Positions 1 through 14,132 of a stretch of DNA of 64,000 nucleotides are shown one piece after another. Source of the DNA: Octopus vulgaris (taxonomy: Eukaryota); NCBI GenBank assembly GCA_951406725.2, contig OX597819.1, positions 1,860,001-1,924,000 of the forward strand. Direction: 5' to 3'. The number at the start of each line of letters is the position of its first letter. Position 1 is the first letter of the stretch. The position numbers and the translations under genes are program-made. The notes beneath the pieces were generated by a model. The model did not search any database. It had not been told where the DNA came from and worked only from the letters and a program-made list of their open reading frames with translations.

Positions 1-329
1 TGTAGAGAAATAATAATTAGGGAGATTTCTATAACATGCCATGTATCGCCCAACAATCTCTCTGACTCATTGCATACCATTAAACGTATCTGAAAAACAA
101 AATGCAGGTTTATGAGAAAACATGAGAAAAGTACGAAAAGATAAATACGAAGGTTCACGCGAATAGTCAATTCTATCAGCTGATAGATTTTACGCTTCAA
201 ACCTGCGATTCGAAATCGTTTCGAGTGTTACTCAAGTGAGTTGAAATAACTGCGAAATATAGATATCCACCGTTATCGCTCACCTATGCGGCAATTCCTG
301 GTTTTGCGATATACAGTGCTTTTTAACAC

Positions 330-2012
330 TCGACCTCTTAAAGGGATTTTTGCCGTGACAACATACTGCAGCTGCGAAGTGCTTTGTGAGGATTATGCTG
401 TGTTGCTTTGCAGCAGTTTTTATTTTGTATGGCGCCATCATTATTTGGTGGCCTGTGACGGAATAGCGAAAGGAAGAGCTACACGGCAGCAACGGGAAGT
501 TACGGTTATTTCGTCCCGGGTATGCTGGAACAGAATGAACTGCATTGTAATTTGGACCTGCTTCGGAAATATCAACATATGGTAAATAATTTACAGAACA
601 TTTTCAAAAGAAAAGTAAGAGGCTCGAGAATACAACGCAGGAGGAGGTGGACGAATGCCTGGGAAAATTAAAGGGAAGCATAACGTTTTATGCCAATGGA
701 AAAGTTACGATTCAGTGGCGGTTACCTCTGTCTCAGAAGAGGTGGCAAAAAGACACTCCACTAAGGTACTACATAGGGAAAAATGGACACTCCTCCCCAC
801 TTACCTGGGTAAACGAGTTACCAGAATTATGATGGGCAGGATCCCACCTAGAATCAATCCAGAATGGGTAATAGCTACAATTTTCATCGCAAGAGAGGAA
901 GGAGACAACGAGGAGGTGAAAGTAATTCTGATAAACCGGATCCAAACATGTAAGTTCATAGGGGTAGAGATAGAAATAATTTTAATAGCGAATCAGAAAG
1001 AGTGCGAAGCAATACCAGAAACATTGGAGCTGCCCAATGAGGGACAAACTAGATGTAATGTTAGAGGGGAAGCCTCCGACGTGTCACGAATGTGGAGAGA
1101 AGGGGCACATTAGAAGAAAGTGTCCAATAAAAGAAAAACAATGGGAACCACAGAAATAGGCGTAATGGAAGTGGAGAGGAGGACCCGGGAAGTGGAACAG
1201 AACATAGAGTTTATGGAGACCAAAACAGGGAAGAGAGAGGGGAGGAGTTCACCACCAAAAACGGAGCAACAACAGAAGAAACAAAGTACAGAAAGAAGTG
1301 GACCAACAAACAACGACAAGTAGAAGCAGTACGCCCTTGGGATCAGCGAAGAAAAATGCCACAAGCAGAAGAGCAACACCAAGCAAACATACAGACTTAC
1401 AATCACACAAACATAGAAACCCACAGACACATAAACACATAGACATACAGACACATAGAAATATAGACAGACAGACAGACACATAATAACACAGAGTTAC
1501 AGAAACCTAAAGGCAGAGACACACAGACACAACACGCAGACACACAAGACGTTCACAGAAACAAAATCTTTTTAGTGACATATCATACGACCCAAAAACT
1601 GGAGAGGAAAATAGCAAAAATGAAAGGGATTATTAGGGTGAATCTTTCAGAGGAATATGATAAGGATATGCGATGTATTCTGATGGAGGAAGGAAAATAT
1701 AGGTCTCTGAAAGAAGCTTTTCCTTCAGATGTAAAACCACTGGGGTCCTAGGTGAATATTGAACCCAGCGTCCCAGCGGTGAATTATGATGACATTAAAA
1801 GTGACATAAACTGGTAAGCTGAGATTATTTTTAAAGAACTGTTAAAAACTCATTGTTTGAAATAATTGAAATCACATAACTATCCTGGAGTGGGGCGGGG
1901 GTGGCCGTTTCACCTTCATTGTATAATTTCATCTTATTCATTTTTCATATGTTAATTGTTCCCGCATGTCTGTTTGTCCTCTGTATGTCGGCCCCTTGTG
2001 GGCAATGACAAA
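330..2012 (+). mobile_element. ORF1(gag-like)-only L1/Tx1-derived retroposon, copy 1 (frameshifted)
   Basis: ORF 655-1113 has EKWTLLPTYLGKRVTRIMMGRIPP; a shifted frame at ~1065-1125 reads RGKPPTCHECGEKGHIRRKC (CX2CX4HX4C zinc knuckle). It is followed by a K/E-rich SSPP region, a C-terminal motif VTYHTTQKLERKIAKMKGIIRVNL (~1575-1645), a short 3'UTR and the tail GCCCCTTGTGGGCAAT at ~1990-2006. No ORF2 follows. 5' edge approximate. Confidence 0.75.
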
Positions 2013-2060
2013 TCAACTTACACTAAATATGTGACATTAAATATGTTTACACTATTAGGT

Positions 2061-2218
2061 AGGCGGCGAGCTGGTAGAATCATTAGCCCACTGGACAAAT
2101 TGTTTGACGGCATTTCGTCCATCTTTTTTTTAAAAGGCGGCGAGCTGGCAGAAACGTTAGCACGCCGGGCGAAATGCGTAGCCGTATTTCGTCTGCCGTT
2201 ACGTTCTGAGTTCAAATG
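2061..2218 (+). mobile_element. Two tandem 5' fragments of a tRNA-derived SINE (family B)
   Basis: GGCGGCGAGCTGG(T/C)AGAA...TTAGC heads at ~2062 and ~2136 match the copies at 49247-49470(-) and 52931-53345; B-box-like GAGTTCAAAT at ~2208. Confidence 0.75.
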
Positions 2219-2220
2219 CA

Positions 2221-2807
2221 GGCGCAGGAGCGACTGCGTGATAAGAAGCTTGCATCCCAACTATATGGTTCCGGGTTCAGTCCCATACCGTGACACTTTG
2301 GACAAGTATCGGATCTTTCCGGTTTGAACGGCAGTTTTTAACATAATTTCTAGGTAACTAAAAAAAATTTAACTTTGTATACTGGTAGAATGTGTTTATA
2401 AAACATCTTTTTCTCTTGTCTTTATTGAGAAAATTCTATAGTTTGTAAAATGTTTGTTATTTTTTTCTTCAATTTCTGCAATTTCAACCAATCAATGACC
2501 GTCTATTGAAGTGAAAACATTCTGTTTCGTTTAAGAAACAGTTTGGGTTTATTTACATTTCTGAAGAAAAAAAGATACCCTTCCCCCATCTCTAGCCCTA
2601 ACTAACCCTAACTTTAACCTTAACCCTGAATTAGATTGAAATGCAATAGATCGATACTCGGGTCATAATTATGGGTGACAATTTCATATGACACCGCTAG
2701 AAAAAACTGCCGTTCAAACCGAAAAGATCCCAAGTATCTTCTACTGTAGTCACGGGTCGACCAAAACCTTGCGAGTAGATTGGTAGACGGAAATGGAAAG
2801 AAGCTCG

Positions 2808-2871
<64 letters not shown>

Positions 2872-2892
2872 ATACACACACACACACACACG

Positions 2893-2943
<51 letters not shown>

Positions 2944-3158
2944 CATATATATATATGCATGTATATGTATGTCTGTGTTTGTCCCCCCACCGTCGCCTGA
3001 CAGCCGATGTTGGCGTATTTATGTCCCCGTAACCTGCGGTTCGGCAAAAGGAGCTGATAGAATAAGTACTTGGCTTACAAAGAATAAGGGGACGATTATT
3101 TCGACCAAAGTCGGTGCTCCAGCATCGCTGCAGCCAAGTCTCTGACACAAGTAAAAGG

Positions 3159-3160
<2 letters not shown>
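2221..3160 (+). mobile_element. tRNA-derived SINE (family A) with internal (CA)n, interrupted by a MITE
   Basis: Head GGCGCAGGAG...GGTTCCGGGTTCAGTCCC and 3' part GCGGTTCGGCAAAAG...GATAGAATAAGTACT...GGTGCTCCAGCAT are collinear with the intact copy at 18180-18592. Confidence 0.85.
2311..2730. mobile_element. MITE (non-autonomous DNA transposon), 29-bp TIRs, 8-bp TSD, possibly Merlin-like
   Basis: Left GGATCTTTCCGGTTTGAACGGCAGTTTTT versus the reverse complement of the right end GGATCTTTTCGGTTTGAACGGCAGTTTTT (1 mismatch). TSD CAAGTATC at 2303-2310 and 2731-2738. Superfamily is inferred only from GG..CC termini and TSD length. Confidence 0.9.
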
Positions 3161-3201
<41 letters not shown>

Positions 3202-4740
3202 TGTTGCGTCAGGTATAATATAGATTTTTTGACATCCCTACATACATACATTCATGTTTGTGTACCTCTGTGTGTGCGCGTGTATTTGTATATATATATA
3301 TATTTATACACGGACCTTCACGCACACTTACACTTGCATATATACATGCACATATTTTCGAGCGTACGTGTGTGCGTGTCTGCGTTGTATAAACATCTGA
3401 GTGTATCTGAAATACAAGCTATATTTGTATAATTTTATTGAACATGCAGTTTTGCTTTGCTGTGAAAAGTAAATAGTTTTTCTCGTGCTTGTTTTTACTA
3501 AGGTATAGTGAATTATTGATTCACACTCCCACCATTTACGCAGCTATGCAAAATTGGTTATGCCTACTTATCTACTTCTGTGCTTGCATAGACTATATAC
3601 AGCTATAAACTACTCTTTTCTCGGAGGGGAGAAATGAATAAGCGATATCTGAAGAGACCATGAAAATAGAGAGACGGACGTCTTATTTCTGCCACATTAA
3701 TGTATGGTTTCAGTACTTTGACTGTTTTTTTTTTATAACGAAGCAAAATTCGTCGTTTACTAAAAGTATATATATGTAAGATTAACATTAAATTTGAGTC
3801 TATTCTGACAAGAAAAACGAAATGCTGTTTTGTGCAGAATTCATTCATTCTTGCTGCTCCGTTTCCACTATTATGCTAACGAAGCTTTCCAAATTTGTTC
3901 AGTCAGAATTTGTATACTCTATAGTCATAAGCTTCTCTGAGCAGAAAACTCGTATACCATATCTAATGAGTTTTTAACAAAGCTTCAAACGAGTCAAATC
4001 GAACCACGTTTATTTACTTTAACAGTGATGGTACGTCGTATGCTTTTTACTTTATATTTCAAAATTTCCCAGGAAGTTTATACCACAAGTGTCATATAAA
4101 CGATCCTTCTCGGTTAAATGCATCAAAGAATTCTCACAATTGATGTTCTTTGGCGAGCAGTGTTTATTAAGATCACAGATAGAAAAACAAGATTTATTAA
4201 ATAACTGGCAGACTCATGTCTTTTCACGTGGTGAGAGTTATTATAGTCCTACTTTGTCTTACGTAAACTCTAGTGGCAACGAGATTAAATTTAGAAAGAC
4301 AAATTTGATAACATGTAGAACATGTGAAGGGCTTATTTCTATCGATGGAAATTATTAGAAGCTTTAGTGTTTGCTAACATTAGCCCTAATGGGGACACAA
4401 AAACGTAGCGAAGGGGTCGTAAACTTGCTTTCTAAGAGAATAAACTTCTTTGATATCTTTATATGTTATACAGATTCTGAAGATCATAGACATTTTAAAT
4501 TTGATTTTGTTCTAAACCTTTCACTTATATCGTTTTGCATTCCGTTTGCAAGATTCTTGATGTGAAATCCAGCGTTGAAGCAATCTTGTTGCGTCTTGGG
4601 ACGGTCATTATACGAATAATAATGATACAGACTTGTTTAATATCACTTACTTCTTGTTTGACAAACGGTTAAATACCTGTTTAATTTGTTGTTTGTGAAA
4701 GTCCTTTCGTTGCTCTCATCAATGACTTGCCCTCTCTCTC

Positions 4741-7703
4741 CTCAAGGCAGACCCTGAGGACAGAGGGCATTTAATAATCCTTTTTATATGTTTTTTTTAA
4801 TATATTATAGTCTTTTTATATGTGTGTTGGGCCACCAACCCTCACCTCAATAGTTGAGCAAGTCATACCATCACTACTTGATCTGCGACCTGATTTTCAT
4901 CTGACAAGTGGCACACTGTATCAATACAAGTTATGCTTTCTAGGTGGAGAGAGTGGGTTTTGTCCTACACAAGCAAATTCCACTTTAAACAAACTCATAG
5001 TGAAAGTCGTTCTGCGACAACATGAGGACAAATCAAATCTTACGGTGATGAAGTGATAGCGGCGGGGATAAGAGGGGTCTGATTACTGGAGGTCTCTAGC
5101 TTGAGTTTTGGTGGGAAGAAGCAAATGGCCGTTCTGTGAAACTTGTGTGAACAATTTCACAGCCTGTCCTCTTCCTAACTACAAAGCAGCCTATTCACGA
5201 TGACACTGCTTTCTCTTGTGTGGGGTGTGGGTTAGAAAAGGTGCCCTAAAAATTGCTTGCTCAAGCAATCCTGTCATTTTACTGCGAATGACTGAATTTT
5301 CAACTATGCAATCGAAAACATATGAAAAGACAAAAGAAAAAGGGTCACGAAATAGATATGAGTATAGCAGCTTGGAAAGTACGCACACTTCAGGGCCACA
5401 AGGAACATCCTGAGCGCAAAACAGCACTTATAGCTCTTTGGAAGACGAGTCTACCAGATTCTAGTTAGCTCAATAAAGGAGTTAGAAGGGTATCTTCTGG
5501 ATTGGTAAATCTGAGGCAGGAAAAAGGGGAATCCTGTGTGGGTTTCGCTGTTAGCAATGATATAATACATAAACTAGAATTCTTACCAAATGAAATTAAC
5601 GATTGTCTTATGCTATTGCAAAATCTAATTAGCCTAGAAAAATATGCTACACGAGTAAGTGTATTGCACGAATACCTGGTTCTACAGATGCAGCTAAGGA
5701 TAAATTGTACTCCGATTCACAAATATTATTGAACCAAACACACAGTCAAGATAAACTTTTTCTCTTAGGATATTTTAAAGGCCGTGTTGTATCAGATTAC
5801 CCTTGTTGGCTAAATATTCTTGGTAAGCACGGTCTTGGCAAAATGAACTCAAATGACATTTTAAAGAACATTCTAAAGATGTATTCACTACAAATTCAAA
5901 TGTAGATATGAACTCAATCAATATCCCCCAAAGACTAGTAATCTACTCTCTTGCATTGGTTCTATGTTTGGATGAAATAAAAGTGGTCATAAAACCATTG
6001 ACAAGTGGAAATCTCTAAGAGAGAATGGTATTCCTAGAGAAACTTTTAAATGTAGCGGAAATATTTCGATAGATAAATTGACAGAGCTTATAGACCAAAT
6101 GTGGCAAATAGAAAATGTCTCTTAACAACATATATACATACAACAGTAGTACATCTATATAAGTATAATGGCAATAAGTGTGAATGTAACAATTATCAAG
6201 GTATATCGCTGCTTTTTGTTGCAGGAAAAATTTTCTCTAGAGTCAGAATTAACCTTGACTTAGTCGGTTCTGTCTATCCAGAGAGTCTGTGTGGATTCAG
6301 TCAGGTGGATGTGATGTTCAGTTTGCGACAAGTTTAGAAGAAGCATAACAAAGACCTATATGTGGTGTTGTTGATCTCACAAAGGCCTTTAACACTATAT
6401 ATCGACAAGCTTTGTCGAAGCTCAAGATTCCCGAGCCAATGCTAAATGTCATATTGTCTCGACATGAAGATATGAAAGCATACGCTCTCTTAAATGCCAG
6501 TCAGTCACAGCCTTTTAATGTTAAAAATGGTACAAAACAAGGTTCTGTTTTGGCACCAGTATTATTTGCATTCTGATAGAAAAAGGCGTGTTTCATGAGT
6601 ATAGAACAACAGAAAGCATCTTAAACCAATGGCATTTCAGAGCGAGGACTAAAGTTGTATCTCAGGCAATAAGAGACTGTTTGCAGATGATTGTGTCCTA
6701 ATTGATCATAAACTTAAGGACTTCAGCCAGATCTTTTGGCTTAAATATAAGAATAAAAAAGATTGAAGTGTTGTATCAGCCAGGTCCTGGTAACAATCTG
6801 GAAATCTTGTGCAGTGTATTTGTTGAAAGCAATGATCTGTAAACCGTTGATGCTTTCACATATTTGTGTTCTGCTGTAACAAGCAATGCTAAACTCGATA
6901 GGAAATTCCAAACGTGTACTGGAAAGGCCAGTACGGTTTTGGGAAAGCTTTATGATAGATTTTGGAATGCTCACGATGTATTATTAAGGACGAAAATACA
7001 CGTGTTTAAGTTAGTTGTTCTAACAACTTTTTTATATGGAGAAGAGACCTGAGCACCTTATCATTGGAACGTCAGTCCGCGGAACAGTTTTCATGTAAGA
7101 TGTCTTAAACAAATATGCAAGGTTGATTGGTTTAGTGGGATCAGTTGTGATAGTGTGGATGCATCCTTCACATGAATAGTGGTCGAATACAGAAACAAAT
7201 CTTTTATGGCCAGCCTGTAAATTCGAAACATAAAGTAGGCTGATTAATTCTACGGCATAAGGACAAATTCAAAGGTAATTTGAAACAGCTAAATATTTGG
7301 AAAGAAAACTAGGGGAAACTTGCGAGATGCCGTGCAAACTGGAGAAGGAAGTGCTTTTTCCAGCGTCAAAATTTCGAAACTCAAAGAGTACTTCATCAAG
7401 AGCTGTTACGGGAAAATAGGAAAATAAATCAAGAGAACAACAGCCTTCTCGCAAACTACCATTGTCCATATTGTTGTTTCTCAGTTAGATCACGTGCTGG
7501 TCTAATAAGTCATGCTAATAACCATATTGCATTTGGTGGTCTGACGATTCACAGGAGGAGTCACCAGGTGAAGTGAAAGAATTGTGAACATTAGTAAACA
7601 GTAGTAATGTAAGGTATGTTGTTGATTGTCTGTTTGGTTGGATTTGTTTCCTGTCTTCTCAATGAACACTCATAGATCGGTCTTCTGCGACGGGAGAGTC
7701 CGT
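4741..7703 (+). mobile_element. Degraded RTE-clade LINE (endonuclease + reverse transcriptase pseudogene)
   Basis: Fragments GVGFAVS-like (~5535), LGKHGLGKMNSN (~5820), CNNYQGISLL (~6185), DLTKAF (~6375), KQGSVLAPVLF (~6535), LFADDC (~6678), FTYLCS (~6855); many stops and frameshifts; RTE-like 3' end GACGGGAGAGTCCGTC runs into (TA)n. Confidence 0.85.
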
Positions 7704-8008
<305 letters not shown>

Positions 8009-8029
8009 TCATATAGGTGTGTGTTCGTA

Positions 8030-8478
8030 TGTGTGCACGAGCTTAAAAAGGCCTGTCGCAAAGGAAGAATTAGAACTGAAATCAACAGTGAACATTGGAT
8101 ATGTATTATGTGTGATCGTGCTCTGTTGTCAAAAACAGGATACGTGAATCATATGAAGTCACAGGAAAATCGAAATGACTCTTACGACTTCTTGTATCAT
8201 ATGTCACAAAATTTGTAAGACAATATCTGGACTTAAAAGACATGTGCTATTTCACAAAAGCATTCCTTCAGAATCAGATTCCAAAGAGCAAAGATGTAGA
8301 AGAAACTCGAATAATATCTGTCAGTTGTGTTTTAAAATCTGCCAGTCAGCAGCTGGTCCTAAAAGTCATCTGAGGGCTCATTAACGGAGGGATTGTGGTG
8401 TGGGATGGTGTGTGCTGTGTGTTGATGGGACGGCTATCACCTGTCAAGATGAAACAATCATCATGATGAAGCAATCAT
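8030..8478 (+). mobile_element. Probable 3' end of an RTE-like LINE encoding three C2H2 zinc fingers (frameshifted)
   Basis: [42 protein letters not shown] and CQLCFKICQSAAGPKSHLRAH*, then a short 3'UTR ending in ATC repeats (AATCATCATGATG). Confidence 0.6.
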
Positions 8479-11400
8479 CACATATATAAATATAGCTTCA
8501 ATGGATAAGATAGCAAAGCTTTTATACGTCTGGAGATAAATTTCATATCATACAATAGACATAAAAGAATAGAAATCTATATTTTCTGTCGACGTATAGT
8601 ATACGAAAATCATTTGAATTGTTTCCTTCTATGTAATAGTAGTTGTCCAAAGAAAACAAAGATAATGTTTTAGATAAATAGATTTTACCTATATACTTGT
8701 TGACAATGTATTGTTACTGAATTTTAATAGTACTGCTAAGATATTGGCTTCAGATATATGCTAGCTTGATCCTCGAGGGAAAATTTATCATATTCCTTTA
8801 GAAAGCAAATGGCAAGTGATTTGTTAATAAACTCTAAACTAATTGTTATTCCGTTATTAATTGGTAATAAAATTTGGAGGATCTTTTAAAAGTCTACATA
8901 TAATTTGACCTATAAAAATACAGATAATTAAATTAGAAATGATTGTACCTTGACACCAAGTTAAAAGATCTGTTACATAAATATCATTCTAAATATTATT
9001 CTTAGAAGATACCAACAAATATCAATCTGGACTTGTCGTATTCATAAAAAAAAGAGCATCTAGTCTAATAGATTTATTAAGATACGCTACAAGTGATGCA
9101 TGTTAAAAATATATAATCTAACTTCTGAAAAATACACATAATATCTATTGAGGTAGTCTATTATAGCATATGACAGCATAATATGAGGCTGACCTCTTCT
9201 TCTGGGGCATTACCTTATGAAAGCTATAAGGCGCTATATTCAGACGCAATAACAATTACTGCAATCGATTAGTTTGAGAAAGCAATAACCCTAATAAAAA
9301 TTGACAGTTAAATTGTAGAAGTCAATTTCAGGATGATTTATTGAAAATATATTAATAACTACAGGGAAAGACGATGCAAAGGAAATAATGCGGTTCTTGA
9401 AGAAAATTATACATGTCTGTCTACAACTGTAGAAATATGAAAATAACCTCTATAGCATAATGTATCATAATACAACCATCTATAATCGCTTTTTGACACT
9501 TATTACCATCGCATCAATATCCAATATAAGAATGCTTCTCAATAATGACTCACTCACTCTGTGGCCCAGTAGCTCTATAGTTGCATGCTATGTTTCGAAG
9601 GGGGGGGGGGGTGCACAATACAGAATAAGAAACAAAGAAACACTTTGAGGAGAATAATTTATGATAGATCCGTCTGAAGAATGTTTCCTATTTCAGATGA
9701 GTTTTCTTTCTATTTTTCTATATTATTTGACACGAAATAACTGCATAACTTAAGTTCCAGGTACATAATTTGGATTGAATAGGAATCGGTTATACTTTGT
9801 GGCTTACCTATGATTACATTCGCTTGAATCAAGATCCTAATAAAAGCCAATTGGATAAGAAACTAAATGGAAATATAATAAAGAAAATATTTCGGAAACA
9901 TTTCCTCTATTAAAAAGAAACTTATATTCCTCTAAATCCGCCATGTGATATTAGTTGTTGTTTATTTAATACATCATTACAAGTTGATTACAAGTTTCAA
10001 ACGGCCCATTACTCATTCACTGTAATTATGATGGCAAGAGTAACAAGAAATTGTCTGTGCAACTAAGATAGAACAAATGTCACAACAGAATTTTCTTTAA
10101 AAAACCCGTTTTAACAATTTCTGATCGATGTTTTACATCATTTGCTGATACATTTTGCCGACAGATGTACACATAATATAGAGAAAGAAAGAATAAAAAA
10201 ATGTAATGAAATGTAAAAACGGTGAACAAAACAGAAAAAGAATATGAATAGAGGACAGAGGAAGATGAAGAAAGGCGGAATCGACAGCAAGAGATTGAAC
10301 AGGGCAGTCACTGTACTATGATAATAATGGATGCAATCTGATAAGATAGCATGATGAAAAGTGCATAATTATGAAGGAGGATTGTGAAAATGAAAAGAAC
10401 ATTTGTGATTATATGAGTAACTAATAGAATGGAGAGAGAAAGAGAAAGAAAGAAGGAATAGGATTGAACAAATGTTACAGCAATACAAAGAAATCTAGGA
10501 AGAAAATGATGGGGAAGAGAAATTGACAGCATAAGTAGAACAGCTGATAGATACTGAAATATGAAATTAATAAAGTTGTGCAAGATTCAATGAACAAACT
10601 CAGTTCCTTTTTCAAATTATGAGAAAATATGGAGCCAGATTGCTAATACTTGTCAATTCGTCGACGAAATGCATTTGAAAAACATTAGGCTAATGCAGTG
10701 TTTTTGACACAACGTGTGAGTTAAGAAGGGGAAATCTAAATATTCAAAGGATATGTATAAATAGAGCTTCCATGAATTGTCATAAACAAAGACCGGGGGA
10801 TTTCAAGATGCAATTTATTCAGCCTGGAATTTGGATAGAAAATGCGCAAGATAAAATTGTTCTGATGAAAATATCTCGAAATTTCTCACAATGTAGCTTG
10901 GTCAGTTTGAACATTAACCAGAGTATTCCGACCTGCTGTGTTCATCACCATTTAGGTTATCGAGCCTAAATACATATTATATGTATATTTTCCTAACAAA
11001 ATATCACACCTTTGATACAAGTCTGAGGAAATGCCTCTCCAATGTTTAAATCCGCAAATATTACGTTGATGGTACGAAACATTTGTAACTTATAATTAAA
11101 GGTATGTTAATGACTTTTTTTTATCTTTTTCATTCATTCGTACACACATATACATACACACACGCATACACACAGGCACACGCACATGCACACACACACA
11201 TGTATCTACGAGGGTGGGCTGAGAAGTTCATAGGCTCGCCATGAAGGAGTGATGTGAAATCTTGCGCGCAATAATTTCAACTCGTCATATTAATAACCAC
11301 ATCGTTTATTCCCTGATAAACTGACATCTGACCGTTCAAAGAAGACTTTAAAAGAACTAGTAGTGAGTGCTCTTGAAAATCGACAAGATTTGGCATCATG

Positions 11401-11948
11401 GTATCATCAAGTACCTGCAGAAAAACAGCTTAGCCCCTAAGGACATACTGACATAGATGTCATATTAGTAGATGATATTCCAGCTTTATCAACAGGGCAA
11501 AAGTGACCACCTGATTTTAAGAGAAGGGAGAGTCTCGAAGATGACCCATGGTCTGGGCGTCTTGCAACTGTTTTATAGTCTACACGGACTATAACCAATT
11601 CTATTATCATATCCCGAGAGAGATTCGAGAACATTCTGCACAGTGAACTTAGCATGACGAAGGTTTCTCCTCAGTGGTTGCAACGTTTTATAAGAGCTGA
11701 TCAAAACCGCACCAAGGGGATCACATCACGGGAAAATTTGACATTGTTTGAGGCAGATCCAACTGGTTTCCTTGAAAGTTTTCTAAGCCAGGACGAGTGT
11801 TGTGTTCAGCATTTTGAGCAACAGACAAAGAGACTATGCATACAGTGGAAACATCCCTTTTCACTTGCTCCAAATAGGGCCAAGATCATTTCATCTGTAG
11901 GCAATGTGATGGCCTTAATTTGGAGGATGCAAAAGGCATTACGTTTAC

Positions 11949-12028
11949 GAGAGAGAGAGATAGAGAGAGAAATAGAGAGAGAAACAGAGAGAGAGAGGGG
12001 GAGAGAGAGAGAAAGAGAGAGAGGGAAT

Positions 12029-12065
<37 letters not shown>

Positions 12066-12072
12066 GGAGAGA
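11949..12072. repeat. (GA)n microsatellite
   Basis: About 120 bp of GA repeats inside the mariner. Confidence 0.95.
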
Positions 12073-12119
12073 GAACATTGCAAAAAATGAATGAAATAAA
12101 TAAAAAAATCGTATAAATA

Positions 12120-13688
12120 AAAGGGCATTAGTACAGATGTATACACCCCCGACTTTGTGACCTCATAACATCCAGAAAAATAGACACTTTTTAATAATTT
12201 ATTTTTACAAATATCGCCAAGAGTCTAGGCGGTATTTGTAAAAAAATTTGTCTAGGCCCTAGACGTTGTGGCTTCAGAGTATATTGGGATTTATGGGAAA
12301 GAAGTTTTCCAAGGAGGTGGAGAGAGGAAAATTTCTGAAAATTTACACAATCTGATTTTTTCCTCCATAACTTTCAGGAAAATGGGTATCTTTTAATTAA
12401 AGTTTATCCAAATCCCTTTCAAACGGCGTAGATTACGATTATAAAAAAATTTGTGGGGAAAATGTTTTCAGGATTTTCCCCATTTTTTAAACCGCAGCCT
12501 TCGAAATGATGGGATTAGGGGGAGAGCATGTTTGTATGAAAAAAGTTTTGAAAACCCTTTTTTTACAACCCTCCTCCCTTATCATCCCACTCCGGACCTA
12601 TTTTGGTCATTTGTTTTTGCATTTCAAAACCATGGGAAGAGCATTTTCGGTAAAAAACAAATTAGTGATTTAAGGGCAATTTGGCTGTTGTTTCTAGCAC
12701 ATCCAAAGACAACGCTTTTCGTTTCTTTATCACTCTCACATGTATTGATGCTTTTGAATATTTTCCCCCATAAATACATTTCTATGCTATAAAAAAGGAA
12801 ATTTGAGAAAATATGAATTTTTACAACCCCACACCCTGCTCCCGATTGTTTCCGTTTGGAAATTAAAATATTGGGGAACCTGAGAAGGACATTGCTGGCA
12901 TTTATCCTGAGTGATTTTTTAAAAAAAGAGTTATGTAAGCGATAATTCATTATAATAGCATACTTTTCGGTTAAAAAAATGTTTTTTTTTACACATACAC
13001 GGCTTCGCTTGATTGAAGTGTAGGTAAAAATTTAGATTACCATTTATTTTGTGGCTTATATTCCACCAATGGACCATGCGTGTATTAGTTCGGCATTATC
13101 ATTCCATAAAATATGTTTAATGGGAGAAAAACGTCAATACATGTGAGTAAAAAGAGAGAGTGGTCTGGGTTGTGCTAGAAACAACAACGAAACCTCCCTT
13201 GAATTGTTCACCTTTTCCTCTGAAAATATTTTTTTTTTTTCACGGAAAAGGCTCCTCCCATGTTAAGTTAAAAAAGAAAATGGCCGAAATCAGTACGGAT
13301 CGTTATTATTGTAAGACTTATACGTTCCAAACAGCCATAACGACAAAATCACTTAAATTTTTTTGCAAAAATTATATGGTTATTTTAAAACATTTTCATT
13401 CAATAAATAATGTTTTTATATTACGTATACATTAATAGAATAAACTGTCGGTTTTTCCAATAGCGAATTAAAACTTAAAATAAAAACACTCAAACAGAAA
13501 GTGAGAAACTTTTGAAATGAAAATGGAATACTCCGCAGTGAATGCAATGAATATCTAAATTTGTGAAGTATTGGACGCAGTCACTGCAGTGAATTTGCAA
13601 GAAATTGGAGTTTAAAAATTCAATAATTATAGGACATTTCTTAGAACATAAATTTATAAAAAAGATTTCCAGATGGTCAACCTTTTAA
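12120..13688. mobile_element. Unclassified ~1.6 kb non-coding insertion within the mariner (probable non-autonomous DNA transposon)
   Basis: It separates contiguous transposase segments (WRMQKAL at ~11920, resuming ~13760). AT-rich with A/T runs and no credible ORF. Termini could not be paired. Confidence 0.4.
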
Positions 13689-13880
13689 TAATTGCTTTCT
13701 TTTAGTACTTTTAGTAATTGTTATATACCTAATTAATAAGCAGCTTTCTCCATTTTAGTATAGATTGACTATCAAAAGAGAGTAAGTACTATACCAACTT
13801 GCTGAGGCAGTTAGAAAAGGCTACCAAGACCAAACGCTCGAGAAAATTAACGAAAGTGGTCATGTTTCATCAGAACAATG

Positions 13881-14132
13881 TGGCTAAGTGGTTAGGGTAT
13901 TGGACTCATGATCGAAAGATTGTGGTTTCAATTCCTAGACCGGGTGACGCATTATGTTCTTGAGCAAAACATTTCATTTCATGTTGTTCCAGTTCACTCA
14001 GCTGGCAAAAAGGAATAATCCTGCGATGGACTAGCGTCCCGTCCAGGCATGAAGTATATACGCCATGAAACCAGAAAACCGGTCCTTATGAGTCAGCATA
14101 ACTCGCGAAGGTAAATTTCCCTTTTCTATTCT
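13881..14132 (+). mobile_element. tRNA-derived SINE (family C-type head) with imperfect TSD
   Basis: A-box TGGCTAAGTGG and B-box GGTTTCAATTCC; flanked by AGAACAATG (13872-13880) and AGGACAATG (14133-14141), duplicating the mariner DNA codons. Confidence 0.8.
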
